NCBI GenBank assembly: GCA_016748015.1
Contig: JAAOMT010000608.1
Location: 186,001 to 250,000 of the forward strand
Length of the DNA: 64,000 nucleotides
Direction: 5' to 3'
Origin: Geosiphon pyriformis uo1
Taxonomy: Eukaryota; Fungi; Glomeromycota
The stretch's first letter is position 1. Each line of letters begins with the position of its first letter. The position numbers and the translations under genes are program-made. Below are positions 39,735 through 51,741 of this stretch, in pieces. The notes below the pieces were generated by a model. That model saw nothing but the letters and a program-made list of their open reading frames with translations. It had not been told where the DNA came from and made no database searches.

Positions 39735-41228
39735 TTATGAAGGTATAGGGTAAAAGTTCCTGCAATTATTAAACCTAATACCTAGATAGGGTCCCCAGTG
39801 ATTTAAATGAGCATCCTCATGAGAGGTATCAGTTGAAAGACTGCATTCCTATATATTAAATAAAAAATTTAAATAAGAATTCCATAATTAAAACTAACAG
39901 AAAAGATCAAATACATACTGAACTTTCATCAGCATTTAATGATACATCTCCTGTAAAACTAGGACATTCGTAAAGCTTAAAAGTATCGGTCTCAGATTCA
40001 ATTGTACGACATTCACAGTTATTTTCGGTGATCCAATATTCTCTTTCATGATGACCAAATCGTTGACCTTTTATTTTCTTTGGGAGATGGACAAACGGAT
40101 CATTTTCATTGGTGATTCGATAAACTTCCAAAGCGCCATTAACCAATCTGGCAAAGGGGAAATTGCCTACTCGTGGTTGACCAAAAGTAATTGCTTTGAA
40201 TTTTATAGAGGATTTTCCCGACTTTTGTTTTAGCTCATTAAACAAAGTAGAGGTGGTAAGAATTTTCATTGCCAAAAGTATTGCGTATGCTTAAATTTTG
40301 AAATCAATAAGTTTTGAAATAAATAATATATATATATATTTTTATAGATGAGAATTTTAAATAAAGCTTTGAAATCAAAAAAATATAGCTTACCACCACC
40401 GACTCCATGCCCGGTAAAAATTACATTAATATCATTTTTCTTTATATTAATTATTTTTTCAGCAATCACATCTATAGTCTTTGTCCAAATAATTTGTTTA
40501 TTTATAACCGAATACCAAGATTGTTCAACCATAGCAAGATCATTGCCCCATTTTGTAAAGGCATAAGTTTTTTTAATGTCAGAAGTTCCTATAATTGATA
40601 TAATTTTAGAAAATATAAAAAAAATGGGATTATTAAAAAACATCAAAAAGAATACCTCGAAAAAATGCCACAACATCAAGGGATGCCTCATCTATAACAG
40701 CATCACCTGAAAGAAAATCGATTATTAAAATCATTTAGATAAAAAAATTGCCAAAAAAGTTTATTTCATATATATATTACCCCTAAATCCAGGGTGACGC
40801 TCGCCGTTTTCATCTTTGCCGATTTCGTTAAAATCAGTGCAATAAGGTGTGTTGGCGATATGAGCTATTCGCCTTAAAAAATCTAATTTTATTGGATCCT
40901 CGACGAGAATTTTAGGGGGTGAATTCTTAATAGGATCTCCCATGTCATTTATAGCAACTTTCACTAAATCTCTTTTATCTTGAAACTTTTCAAATGGCTC
41001 TGAACCAGTTTTAACAAATACTGGAAGTTTTCTAAATTTAAAAAATCTTTCATTCTTTAAGGGGAATTGACGCTTGATTGATTCGTTGCCATGAGGGCTC
41101 AAGAAAAAAGCCAAAAGGATTAAAATAAATGCTGAAACTCCCCACCATGACTTTCGGGAACTTTTAGCAAAAGAATAATATAGAAAATTTTTTTGAACTC
41201 TAGAGATTAATAGAGTTACAGTATACAT
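39735..41228 (-). CDS. Class 3 lipase-like protein L5, catalytic Ser replaced (GHGVGG), 392 aa
   Basis: Exons 41228-40781, 40706-40656, 40588-40394, 40289-39919, 39848-39735 (1179 nt). Signal anchor WWGVSAFILILLAFFL. Motifs IANTPYC, VAFFRG|TSDI, FTGHGVGG, TFGQPRVGN, TNENDPFVHLP, EYWITENNCEC, NHWGPYLG. Confidence 0.92.
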
Positions 41229-41804
41229 ATTACGGGATTTAAAAAAAAATTATATTGGATCAAAAAGTCATTTATAGTGTAAAAAAACTCTGCTTCGTTT
41301 CATAAAAAATGCTTGCAATCTACAAAATATACAAAGTTGATAAAATAGTGCTTCATTAATGTTTCCCCAAAGAAAACATTGTCAATCAAAGTATTAAGCG
41401 CTTAATAATAATTTCTTTCAATTGTTTGAACTCGGCGAATTCTTATTACCGAATGTATCAAAATTTTTCACAAAAGTTATTTTTCTTATTACGTATAAAG
41501 TATCAGCAAAAAATTTTCGAAAAATAATATATACTTCCTTAATGAGACTATCACAAATAATCCCATTAAAAACACTCGATTTATTTGAAATTCACTCTTC
41601 ATAATTAATGAAAGATAACATATATTTAGAATGGAGATTTTAGCCTGTTATTATTCTGTAGTCATTGGTTAAATCGTTTAAAATTCTATCTGCTGTAATA
41701 AATTAATGCTAAATTTAAACATTCTAACCTCCAATTTTCAAGATTTTACACAATTATTCTTGGATCACATAGTTTTTTTATTCAAAGTATATTAATTCCA
41801 GTAC

Positions 41805-42745
41805 TATAGTATGGCCTCCTGCATCTATACAAGCTTTAAAATGCCAGGCATGCTGCGAGTATTAGAAAGAATAATCTCCTTTGGAAGGTTCGCTCACTCT
41901 TCTTCCATAAGTCTAACAAGAACCTCCTGAGGCACCCCCTTTTTTTTCATGTTATGCTTCAAAACACCCAAATTATTCTCGATCTGGTTGAAGTCTAGGC
42001 TACAACAAAATATGACATTGATTCTTGCTTGGAGGTCATCACGCACTTAATTAGAGGTGTGTTTTTAATCATTACCCTGCTGGAATATTCATTAACGCCC
42101 ATACTTTCTGGTCACATTGTCATTAATGTGGTCACTTGGTATCTCATGATAAATATGACTGCTCAAATTCATCGTGAACACACGAATATCAATCCTGTCT
42201 CGTTCACTGATCGTCACCCAAACGTAAAGCTTTAACATTTGTACTATAATGAGACCATACCAAACAGGTGTTTTTGGAACATTTGCCAGTTTTAATGGCA
42301 AATGTTTACGCACCCATTTTAATTGGAGCTTTCAATGAGGAAAGATACGCTTTGGAAAAATATCAATGTAGTCAAGCCTTTGAAAGTTCATCCCAGGTAG
42401 TTCGTTCGCTGACTTCGAAGCCCGGATGCGTTTCTTCGAGCTTTTGCTTTGATTTCAACTCCCATAACCAAATGACTTCTGTGGAAAATTTTGTCAATCT
42501 GGTGACGTTTGTGAGGGTAAGCTTGTATGGGCGGTCAGGACGAATATCCGGAATCTGGCCGTTTTTGCGAAGGAACGTTGCGTTGCGATGATCGTCGCAC
42601 CAAGAGTATTAAAAGACTTCACGGTTCGAAAAAGTGGGTGGCGGGAGGAATGAATGTTGAACAAAATAACATTTATAGATCGGCCATTTTTGGAAGTTGG
42701 TTGGTAGCACGACAAAATTTTACTAATGGTGTTGCAGCCATTTGA
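41805..42745 (-). mobile_element. Decayed Tc1/mariner (DD34E) transposase
   Basis: GC-richer island. The minus strand, with frameshifts and stops, gives LEETHPGFEVSERT, YVWVTIS, IFQQGND-KH, SLDFNQIENNLGVLK and KACIDAGGHT. These match the Tc1 motifs FQQDNxxxH, SPDLNPIENxW and AxIxAxGG. TIRs not identified. Confidence 0.88.
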
Positions 42746-43127
42746 ACTGGCATAGAAAAATAATAATAGAAATATATACTGACTAATTCAATTGTAATAG
42801 ATTCATCAAAAATTTTTTACATGCCAAGTGTAAACGAATATTTTTTGATTGCATTGATTGCAAGATATCAAAAAAGGATCTCATTTGTATTGAAAAAGTT
42901 CTAATCTGAAGATATATGTATTCTTATCTTAAAGTAGGTTTTTGATGGTTTTTACTATTGGGTCTATAATTGAGTTCAAATTTTTATACTCAAATAATAT
43001 TCTGAGAAAAATCATTAATAAATCTTTGGAAATTGATTCTATACTTATAATTATGAACATTGAAAATTTGTGATATAGAATGAGATATCTGCAAAAATAA
43101 AATTTTGAATCTACCTCTGAGTACACA

Positions 43128-44717
43128 TCAAAGGCTATACAGTCTATCAACATAAGAGCGGCAATCACCCATTTTGACACCAAAATAAGGGCCAAAGTGA
43201 GCCACTTCACTTTCCGGGGTCTCTGTCTGCCCAATATTACATTCCTATAAAATTAATGATAAAAGAATAAAAATTTCAATACAGTCTAAAAAAGTATTAT
43301 TTCTAAAAATTTAAAAAATTTAGTACCAAATTTTCCCCTACTGTTTGCTCGTCATGACTAAAGCCATCACATATAAATACTACTAAGCCAGCAAAAAGAG
43401 AGTAATCATCTAAAATACAATCACATCGTGGATAAGATATCCAATGTTCTTGTTCATGATGTATCATGATTAAATTTTCTTGGCTTCTCAAATTCCATGG
43501 ATAATGTGGAACGTAATCATTTGAGTGCGTAATCCGAGAAACATCCAAAAAAAGATTTACGTAGTGGGCAAAATATTCGTTTCCAATTCTTGGCTGACCA
43601 AAAGTTACGGCGAAAACCTCAAATATTGAATCTTCTGAACCTATTGGTCTATATTTATTCATTAATTCATGCTCAAATGAGAGTCCTGCTAGAACCGCGT
43701 AAGCTGTGATATAAAGGGAAGAAAATTACAGAATTCATAATTAATATTGTATAAAAAATTCTAATAGTCAAAACAATCTCAACATTTTACCTCCTCCTAT
43801 TCCATGACCCGTGAAAAAAATAGAAACTCTTTCATTTTGAAAACCCTTCGAATCAATCAAAAATTGGATTTTTTGAAATAATGCATGTTTCATTGCTTCT
43901 ACTTCTTCAAACCAAATCTTTTCCACCATAATTTGGCTCTCATATGATGGAATTCTAATCTCATAAGGTATTAATTGAGGCTTTCTGTCTTTCCATTGTT
44001 GGTTTGTGAGAGTTTTACCACCGAAATATGCTACAATTGCATCTGTCGATGGATCAATAAAGACATCCGCTAAAAATGAGAAAAATATCTCTGAATTCTT
44101 ATATTCGTTGAAAAATTGACAATTAAACATATATTCAAACTTTTACCAATTACTTTTCCACCAGAAACAAATCTTCCAACGGCGTTATTAGATGAACAAT
44201 AAGCTTTGTTAGCCCATCCAGAAGTCCTGACTAACATTTTCAGATATTCATTACTAATTGGTAGTAAAGATCTTTTCAGGAATTCATTTCGTTTTCTCAC
44301 TTTTGAAACTTTTTTAAACTGTATTTTTCGGCGGCCTATCTCACCAATAAAGAACTCAAAAATTTTTGTTCGATTCCTATGATCGTTTTTATTTTTCCTT
44401 TTTGGTGTGATAAATGAACGCATTTTCGATTCCAATATCGTATAAGAGAAATTATTTCGTGATGATTTATTCAAAAAGGATACATTCTTGGGAAATTGAG
44501 ATTCTTTGATAATTGAAGACTTAATTCTTGTCCCTTGAACCTCATTCATTTCCCGTATTTGACTTAAAGCAAAAGACAACCAAAAAACCAAATACAATAA
44601 CAAATTCGAAAGGTGAGTTATTTTGCAATTGGATAGTCGTTTATTTATGACTTTAGAGGTATTAGGCATTCTAAACAATAAAGAATCTTTGTTTAAAGAT
44701 GACCTTAAAGCAATCAT
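43128..44717 (-). CDS. Class 3 lipase-like protein L6, catalytic Ser replaced (GHGIGG), 447 aa
   Basis: Exons 44717-44147, 44069-43791, 43703-43327, 43244-43128 (1344 nt). Motifs WANKAYC, VAYFGGK, FTGHGIGG, TFGQPRIGN, THSNDYVPH, EHWISYPRCDC, AHFGPYFG. Long basic N-terminal extension. Confidence 0.92.
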
Positions 44718-45081
44718 TCTACATAGAATTTGCCGATAGGGATTCAGAAAATTAATGTCATATAATTTAAAAGGTTGTCATTTTTTCAAGTAGTACATAT
44801 TTATTTTTCGAATCAAAACAAAATAAAAAGAGTAGTAAAGGTTTTGTTGTAAACTTTTCATTGGCCATAAAAGTGAGACAAGTTTTTTGCTTCAAACACA
44901 ATCTCGGTAGAAAATTGTTTGTTTAGATCCTAATATTGGATATACATTTACTTAGATACTACTGGCCAATGAAAATTTGCTATAAAATTAATCCTCAAAA
45001 CACAATTATATAAATATATAACCACCCAAAGGATGATTTTACGAGAATCCCCCTTAAAACGATCTATATTTTTGATGTAAA

Positions 45082-46533
45082 CTAAAAGTGATCGCCACCT
45101 GATCTATCAGGACAAACCATTTTCACATCGAAATACGGGCCACGATGGTCACCAATAAGGAAACCATTTGCACTATTGCTACATTTCTGGTTTTTTTTTT
45201 AAAAAAAAGCATATTCAGTTCAGCAAAAATTTCAAATTGATTCAAACTCTGTTATTCATCGTAATTCTGAAATACTGACTTTATTCTCCCTAACTCCTTG
45301 ACTTCCGTTTTCGCTGCAAACTCTTGCCTTGTTATTTAGATCAATCCAATATTCAGGGTTAGCATGAACATAATTTTCATTTGTATGTGGCATGGTGATC
45401 GGGAAATGAGGAACAGGATCAGAAGCATGGGTAATGCGGAAATTATTTGAGCTATATGCAGCGTTAGCATAGTTTTGATTACCAACACGTGGTTCTCCAA
45501 AAGTGATTACTTGCGTTTTCAGATTGGGGAAGGTTTGTTTTAAAATTAACGAGCAAAATTCTGCGTAAACTGCAGCAAATAGATAAATTTTCATTTCGTT
45601 ACTCGAATAAATATCATTTTAAATCCAATATGCAAAACTTACCGCCACCTAAGCTAAAACCAGTTAAATATATCTGTGTTGCTTGTTGTTGAACAATAAA
45701 TTGCACAAAATCCTTGCTTTTTTGACCCCACCATGCCCAGAACGCGTCGAAAAATGCCTTAACTACCAAACTTTTATTTATTTTTGGAAACGGTACTGTG
45801 TCGTCGCCAATTCCATAAGGATTCGTCATCATCTGTCCAACATTGCCTGCAAAAACTATTTTGACACCATTATTTACCTTCGACCAAATGGCTTATTATA
45901 GCAAAAAATTAAATAAAAAATTAGGTCCTCGATTAATATCAAGAATACAAGGTCAAAAAAAAATTTATAATCCTCTTGTATTTTACCATAAATTTGTGTG
46001 TTACTAGGCCTGTTGCACCAAGTATCCTTGGAATCTTTGGCATAACTGGCTAAAATTGATATTTGATTAGGCATCACGGTCTCAAGTAATGGCAATTCCG
46101 ATGTAGATTGAGAAGGTAACGAGGCAATCACAGAATCTGAAAGATTGGGATCGGGAAAATCAGTGAGGCTAGCTGTTAAATCTGTTGTTGAAGCCTGGTT
46201 GATTGATAGAGGGTTGAGTCCAGAATTGAGACCGTCATCTTGGACAAAGGCCAAACTCGAATCAGTTGACAAAATATTGGGATTATCTTCCAACCCCAGA
46301 TTTAATTTGTCATCAAAGTTTTCCCCCATATCCTGAGAATTTTGGGTAGAGCCTATAGTGAAGGAAGACGGTGATAAAAAATCGTTATCCCCTGGAACAA
46401 AATTATTGATATTTGAAGGACCAAAGGGATCCATGTTATTGTTTATTGGCGATGCATTAATGATAGAGTATGAATCAAAAAAACTCGACACAAATACAAA
46501 GTAAAAATAAAAGAAAATGATATAGTTTAACAT
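45082..46533 (-). CDS. Secreted class 3 lipase-like protein L7, Ser retained (GFSLGG), 396 aa
   Basis: Exons 46533-45987, 45891-45643, 45569-45280, 45186-45082 (1191 nt). Signal peptide plus acidic S/N/D-rich pro-region. Motifs IVFAGN, LTGFSLGG, TFGEPRVGN, THASDPVPH, DHRGPYFD. Confidence 0.92.
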
Positions 46534-46706
46534 TGAAAAAAGTAAGTTTATGAAATAGCCGTTTATAGCAAAGAGTTGAAGAGAAAGTATTAGAATATTT
46601 AGGAAAATAAGATTTCTGTTTACAGTTTGCCTCTATTTTGAATCTTTGACTTGCCTTTTTATCTTCCTGTTTGACCTTTTAAAAACTGATAACAGCTAAT
46701 ATGGTG

Positions 46707-46761
<55 letters not shown>
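46707..46761. repeat. (AAT)n followed directly by (ATT)n: palindromic microsatellite
   Basis: Direct inspection. Centre of symmetry at 46741/46742, with perfect arms of ~20 bp. Confidence 0.9.
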
Positions 46762-47343
46762 AGATTCCGGGAAAATGAAAATTTTTTGTATAACAAATGA
46801 GGAAAAGTTACCAACCTAAAGATTATCAAGCAGGGTGCAAAGAAAAATCAAAGGTTATTTGATAAATTCTGAAATTTACAATAAATAAATTTTTTTAGAA
46901 ATTCCATGTTGTTATCTTAATAAAATTTTAGTACTGTAGTTATCTATTTTTATTTTTTGTGGTCTATGATAAGCAATTAAAATTTTTGATTTTCCGTAAT
47001 TAAGGGTGGTCATTGATAAGATTCTTTTCAAATCTCAACGTCACAATTAGGCTTGAAATAGATTTTTCGGTATTGCATGACAGTTTTGGTTTGATAAATG
47101 AAGCAGGCCTTTTAGGTTACATTCTTAAATTAATGTATAATTGATATTCAAAATTTTTCAATCTATAAATATTTAATTTATTGGAAATGATCAATTAAAA
47201 AATTTTGAATTTAAATTTAATTCTGAAATCACGAAAAGAAAAAAAATTGGACCATAAAAACATTTTGACTGTTTAAAGAAAATACTATTCTTGACAATTT
47301 TTAAACTTAAAAAATAAGTAATTAATGTTGCAGAAAATTATCT

Positions 47344-48861
47344 CTAGCAAGAGGATGGCAACATTGAAAATCCAAAATAAGGTCCAAAGTGATCCAGTTG
47401 TACCACTTGTTGACTCTGATTTATACAAGACTAGAAAAAAATTTGAATCGGTTAAAGCATAAATTTTCGGCTAAACAATACTAAATTCGATGTCAAAACC
47501 ACTACACTCACTTTACTCTCGGTAGCAACTCCCAAATTTTTTTCTGGAGCTGGGCACGGTGCACCAGTTACTTTTCCTCTTGGGATATAAAATTCAAACC
47601 CAGGATGTTTAAATTTGCCATTAGATGGTTTACGTGGATACGGATCTAAACCATACGTCACTCGCCAGACCAGTGCTTTACTTTCCACATAGTTTGCATT
47701 CACTTGATCGCTTACTCGTGGCATACCGTATGTAATTACATAAGGCAATGGCAAATCTTTAACGGCTTGGTTTATTTCTACTGCAGCAAATTCAGCCAAG
47801 GCTATAAACATGAAATGTATATTAAAAAAAATGAAATTTATCCAACATCAATAACTTATGCCATATTGTAAAGCTCACCACCACCAATTCCAAATCCAAC
47901 AAAATAAACAACCGGTTTTCCTTTCTCCTCGATCACATTTTTGTAACTTTCAATATTTTGGTTGCTCCAACTTTTATATAGTGTGTATAGGTCCCCATGA
48001 ACAGAACCTCCGTCTTTATGAGGCCATGATTTCATTGAAATATCATTATTTGGGAAATAAGAATCAATAAAGTTTTCATTTGCTGCAAAAACGACGACGA
48101 TTCGGTTTCGATTATTCTTATTGTCGTAATAAATCTCCGCTGGGTGATTAAGAAATTTAGAGTGTTATTTAAAGTAATTTTTTGCAAATTTAATTTTAAT
48201 AGGAAATTGTACCATTGATCGTATCAGAATTACCGCCACTCAAAACTCGTTTGCAATAAGTCGCTTTAGCAATTGTTGCGAAATACTGTAACATAATTGT
48301 TGGATCCGCTGCTAGACGTTCAAATTCTTTTACTGGAATTTTTTGTACTTGTTTCTCTTGTGAATCAGTTGCTGCTGTCTCTTCATAAAATGAAAAATCT
48401 TTATCAGCTAAAGTTATTGGTGAAGAATTGAACTCTTGATTTGGGTTTGGTTGAAATGCAAGTATATTGTCTTGATTAGTTAAAAATGAAGTGTCAGGTG
48501 ACAAAGTTTCCTCCATTGATGTTAAGTTATTTGAATCATCATCATCCGGAAGAGAAGCAAACAGGTTGTTTTCAGTATTCTGATCATTGATAGAACTGAA
48601 TGATGTATCTTTAAAGGTATTGAAAGGGTTTTGATTTCCAAAATTTATTTGACCAAAAGGAATGTCCGAATTTGAATCTAATCCTAAAAAATTCTCGTCA
48701 TTTCTTTTCGAGAGTTGATTTAATGGTGTCGATCTTACAGGAGGTATGATTAAAAGTTTTATTAAAAGGACAAAGATGGTAAAAAACTTCAAGAAAGTTG
48801 TTTGAATTTTGAATGTCTTGAAGAGGATTCTTATTAAATTTGATAGAACTTTCTCACTCAT
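47344..48861 (-). CDS. Class 3 lipase-like protein L8, catalytic Ser replaced (GFGIGG), 428 aa
   Basis: Exons 48861-48213, 48139-47879, 47801-47512, 47430-47344 (1287 nt). Signal peptide, KR site and acidic pro-region. Motifs IAKATYC, VVFAAN, FVGFGIGG, TYGMPRVSD, TYGLDPYP, DHFGPYFG. Confidence 0.92.
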
Positions 48862-49544
48862 GATTCTAAAGGTAATTAATATTTTTGAAATGGTTTAATC
48901 AGATCGAAAGAAGTTAGTTGCCAAAATTTTTAGGAGAATTTTAAAATTTTTAATTCAACCTTAAAATTAATTGTTAAAAAGCTCAACCCCAGCAAGGTGG
49001 GAATCAGAAATTATAAATAATTTTTAATTTTCTATACGTTTTTCCTAAAATGGGCTTCGATTTATAAAAAGTTGTTGAAGAATTTGATAGATAAAAGATG
49101 TTCCGGATGGTTTGGAGGGATGAGCTTCAAAACATTTATCCGAATTTTTGTGAGTCCGAAATGTAATTTCAAAAGATTATTCCCCTTATTATTATTATTT
49201 TGGAATTAAAGATTTGATAAATCATGTTGAAATGTTAATTTTTTGATAAACTAATTTAAAGTAAGCAATCGCAAAAATTTTGTTTATGTTACTAGATTCA
49301 AATACTCAAATATTTTTTTTATTATAGAGCACTTGAAACAAAAATTTAAATAGACCCCTGATATTGCCAAGTATGGAAAATCTATGATGAAATTCCCTTT
49401 AAGAGAGATGTGCATTTCCTAGGTTATTATAAGGGGAAAAACAATTTTTCGAAATCTATTCAAATTTTGAATAATTTCTTAACTCTTTAAAATATTTTCA
49501 AACAACGTTAAAAAAAGGATCAAAAATTCTATTTAATAACTTAT

Positions 49545-50926
49545 ATGACTTTAATATATATAAATCATGTATTTTCTAAGAACCATCGGAAAATATTAGT
49601 TTCATATTTTATTTTTATATTAGAATTGAGTTTAATATCTTATCTAGTTAAAGGGAACCCAATTGATTTGATTACATATGATAATGACTACGGGAATAGT
49701 CTAAATTTAATTAAACCCCTTCAAGAACTAAATCAAACTTTTTATATTGAAAAAAATATTGAAGGGTTGTCGAATGCAAGAAATACAAATCTTTTGAACT
49801 CGGTTGATGATACGTTAACAAATTTGATTGATTCGAATATGGAAAAAAACTCATTTACCGAATTCAACTTCGATTCTTTGATTAAATCAGTAAATTCTGA
49901 ATTAGATCTTACAAATATGCTCAGATATTTTGTGACTAAAACGTTATATACTTATTGTGAACGTGAAGCACAAAAAGATAAAAGTGTGACTATATATGGT
50001 AAAATTTCAACAGATATTTAAATCTAAGAATTTGTATGCTTATAATTTTATAATTTTACCTCTATAAAGTTTTAATATTTTATTTCTAGATAATACTACT
50101 TATGAAATATGGGAGAATGAGAAAAGAGTATTCATATTTTTCGCAGGGAACGAATTAACAATGAAATATATATTGGATCCAAATGAAGGAACTTTGATGA
50201 GAGAATACCCTTATTATCAGAAAGGAGGACTTGTAAATGCCAGACTGTTGATCACTTTTATATATTGGAAGAAGTTGAGATTAATTTTTTTAGCAGATTT
50301 TATTAAAATGCACGAGATGCCAAAAGTTTATTTAGCTGGATTCAGTTTAGGTGGTGGTAATTTTTGAAATGATTTAATATTTATTTTTCTCTTATGAACT
50401 TTTGAACAATTTCCAAAAAATTTTAATTCAAATTTTTCTTTCATAAAGCTTTTGCACAATTAGCAGCCATCGCATTGAAAGAAATAATTCCTAATCTTCC
50501 AAAACCGACGGTAATCACTTATGGCTCTCCACGTATAGGAAATCAAGACTTTGCTAATTATGTTGAACGAAATACAAATCTCTTGAGGGTAAATTATGGT
50601 TTAGATCCAATTGTACGAAATCCTACAATTTTTAATAAAGTAAAATACGTGCATGCCGGAATTGAATATTACATTGCTGAAGGAAAAAGAGAAGGAAAAA
50701 TTATAGATATTGAGGAGAAAATTATTGGTGTTGCTGCTGAATCACAAGTATGTGACTAATTAATTAATGATGAATAATTTTTATTATTTTTTTAATTTTG
50801 AAAATTTATTTTATGATAATTTATATTCTAAATTTACAGTTTAACGGAATAAATCAGTTTAAAAATTTTCGAAAATCAGATCATTTTGGGCCGTATTTCA
50901 TTTCGAAAATGATTTGTAATATGTAA
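49545..50926 (+). CDS. Secreted class 3 lipase-like protein L9, Ser retained (GFSLGG), 368 aa
   Basis: Exons 49545-49998, 50090-50356, 50449-50747, 50840-50926 (1107 nt). Motifs TLYTYC, IFFAGN, LAGFSLGG, TYGSPRIGN, NYGLDPIV, DHFGPYF. Confidence 0.92.
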
Positions 50927-51741
50927 AATGATTCCATGTCAATGAATCGTCTTTAATTTTATTTTAATTATTATGATAATAATAAAATTGGTAGTCATTT
51001 TTGAGAATTGAAAATAAAAAATCTATGAAATTTTGAATTTGGGACAAGGTCTGAGTGTTAGGAAAACTTATCTTGTTTACACAAGGAACATTTGTAGATA
51101 AGATAGTGTGGTAAAACATGGATTCAAAGTGAAGATATATGGTCTGGTCTGAACTAAAAATGGCAGAATTTTTTTTGTCTTTTTCTTAAACTATGTTTAA
51201 TTAAATTTGGAAGAAAGAAATCAATTTTCAAAAAACGTACTATTCCTCTTCAGCCTATTGGAATGAATGTAGACCTGAAAATTTTTTAATGAAAAGTAGT
51301 ACATAAAGAACCATATCAAAATACTATAATCATATAAGCAAAAGTTAAAAAATAATATTAAAAATCAATTTATAACTTTTTCATCTTCATGCAGAAAAGG
51401 TGAAACCTATTATTATTATTATTATTATTCAACGTTGTTCTGGGAATTCTAATTTCAAGGATAAAACTATATTAATCAAATTAAATCAAAAAATTAAATT
51501 GAGATGTTTATTTAAATGAGAATTTGAAATAAGTTTCAAAAATTAAAAAGCCTTAATAAAAATTCACCTAGTATAACTTTGAAGTTTAGGACTATATTAT
51601 TCATTCAAATTTTCTGAAAGCTTTGAATAAATTGAAACCAATATTTTATTATTCAATTCCAATTTTTTTTTTTTTTCATTTCAAAGAAATCCCTCTATTG
51701 AAAAAATTAATAGTATCATGCGTGAAATGTAATGGAATGAA

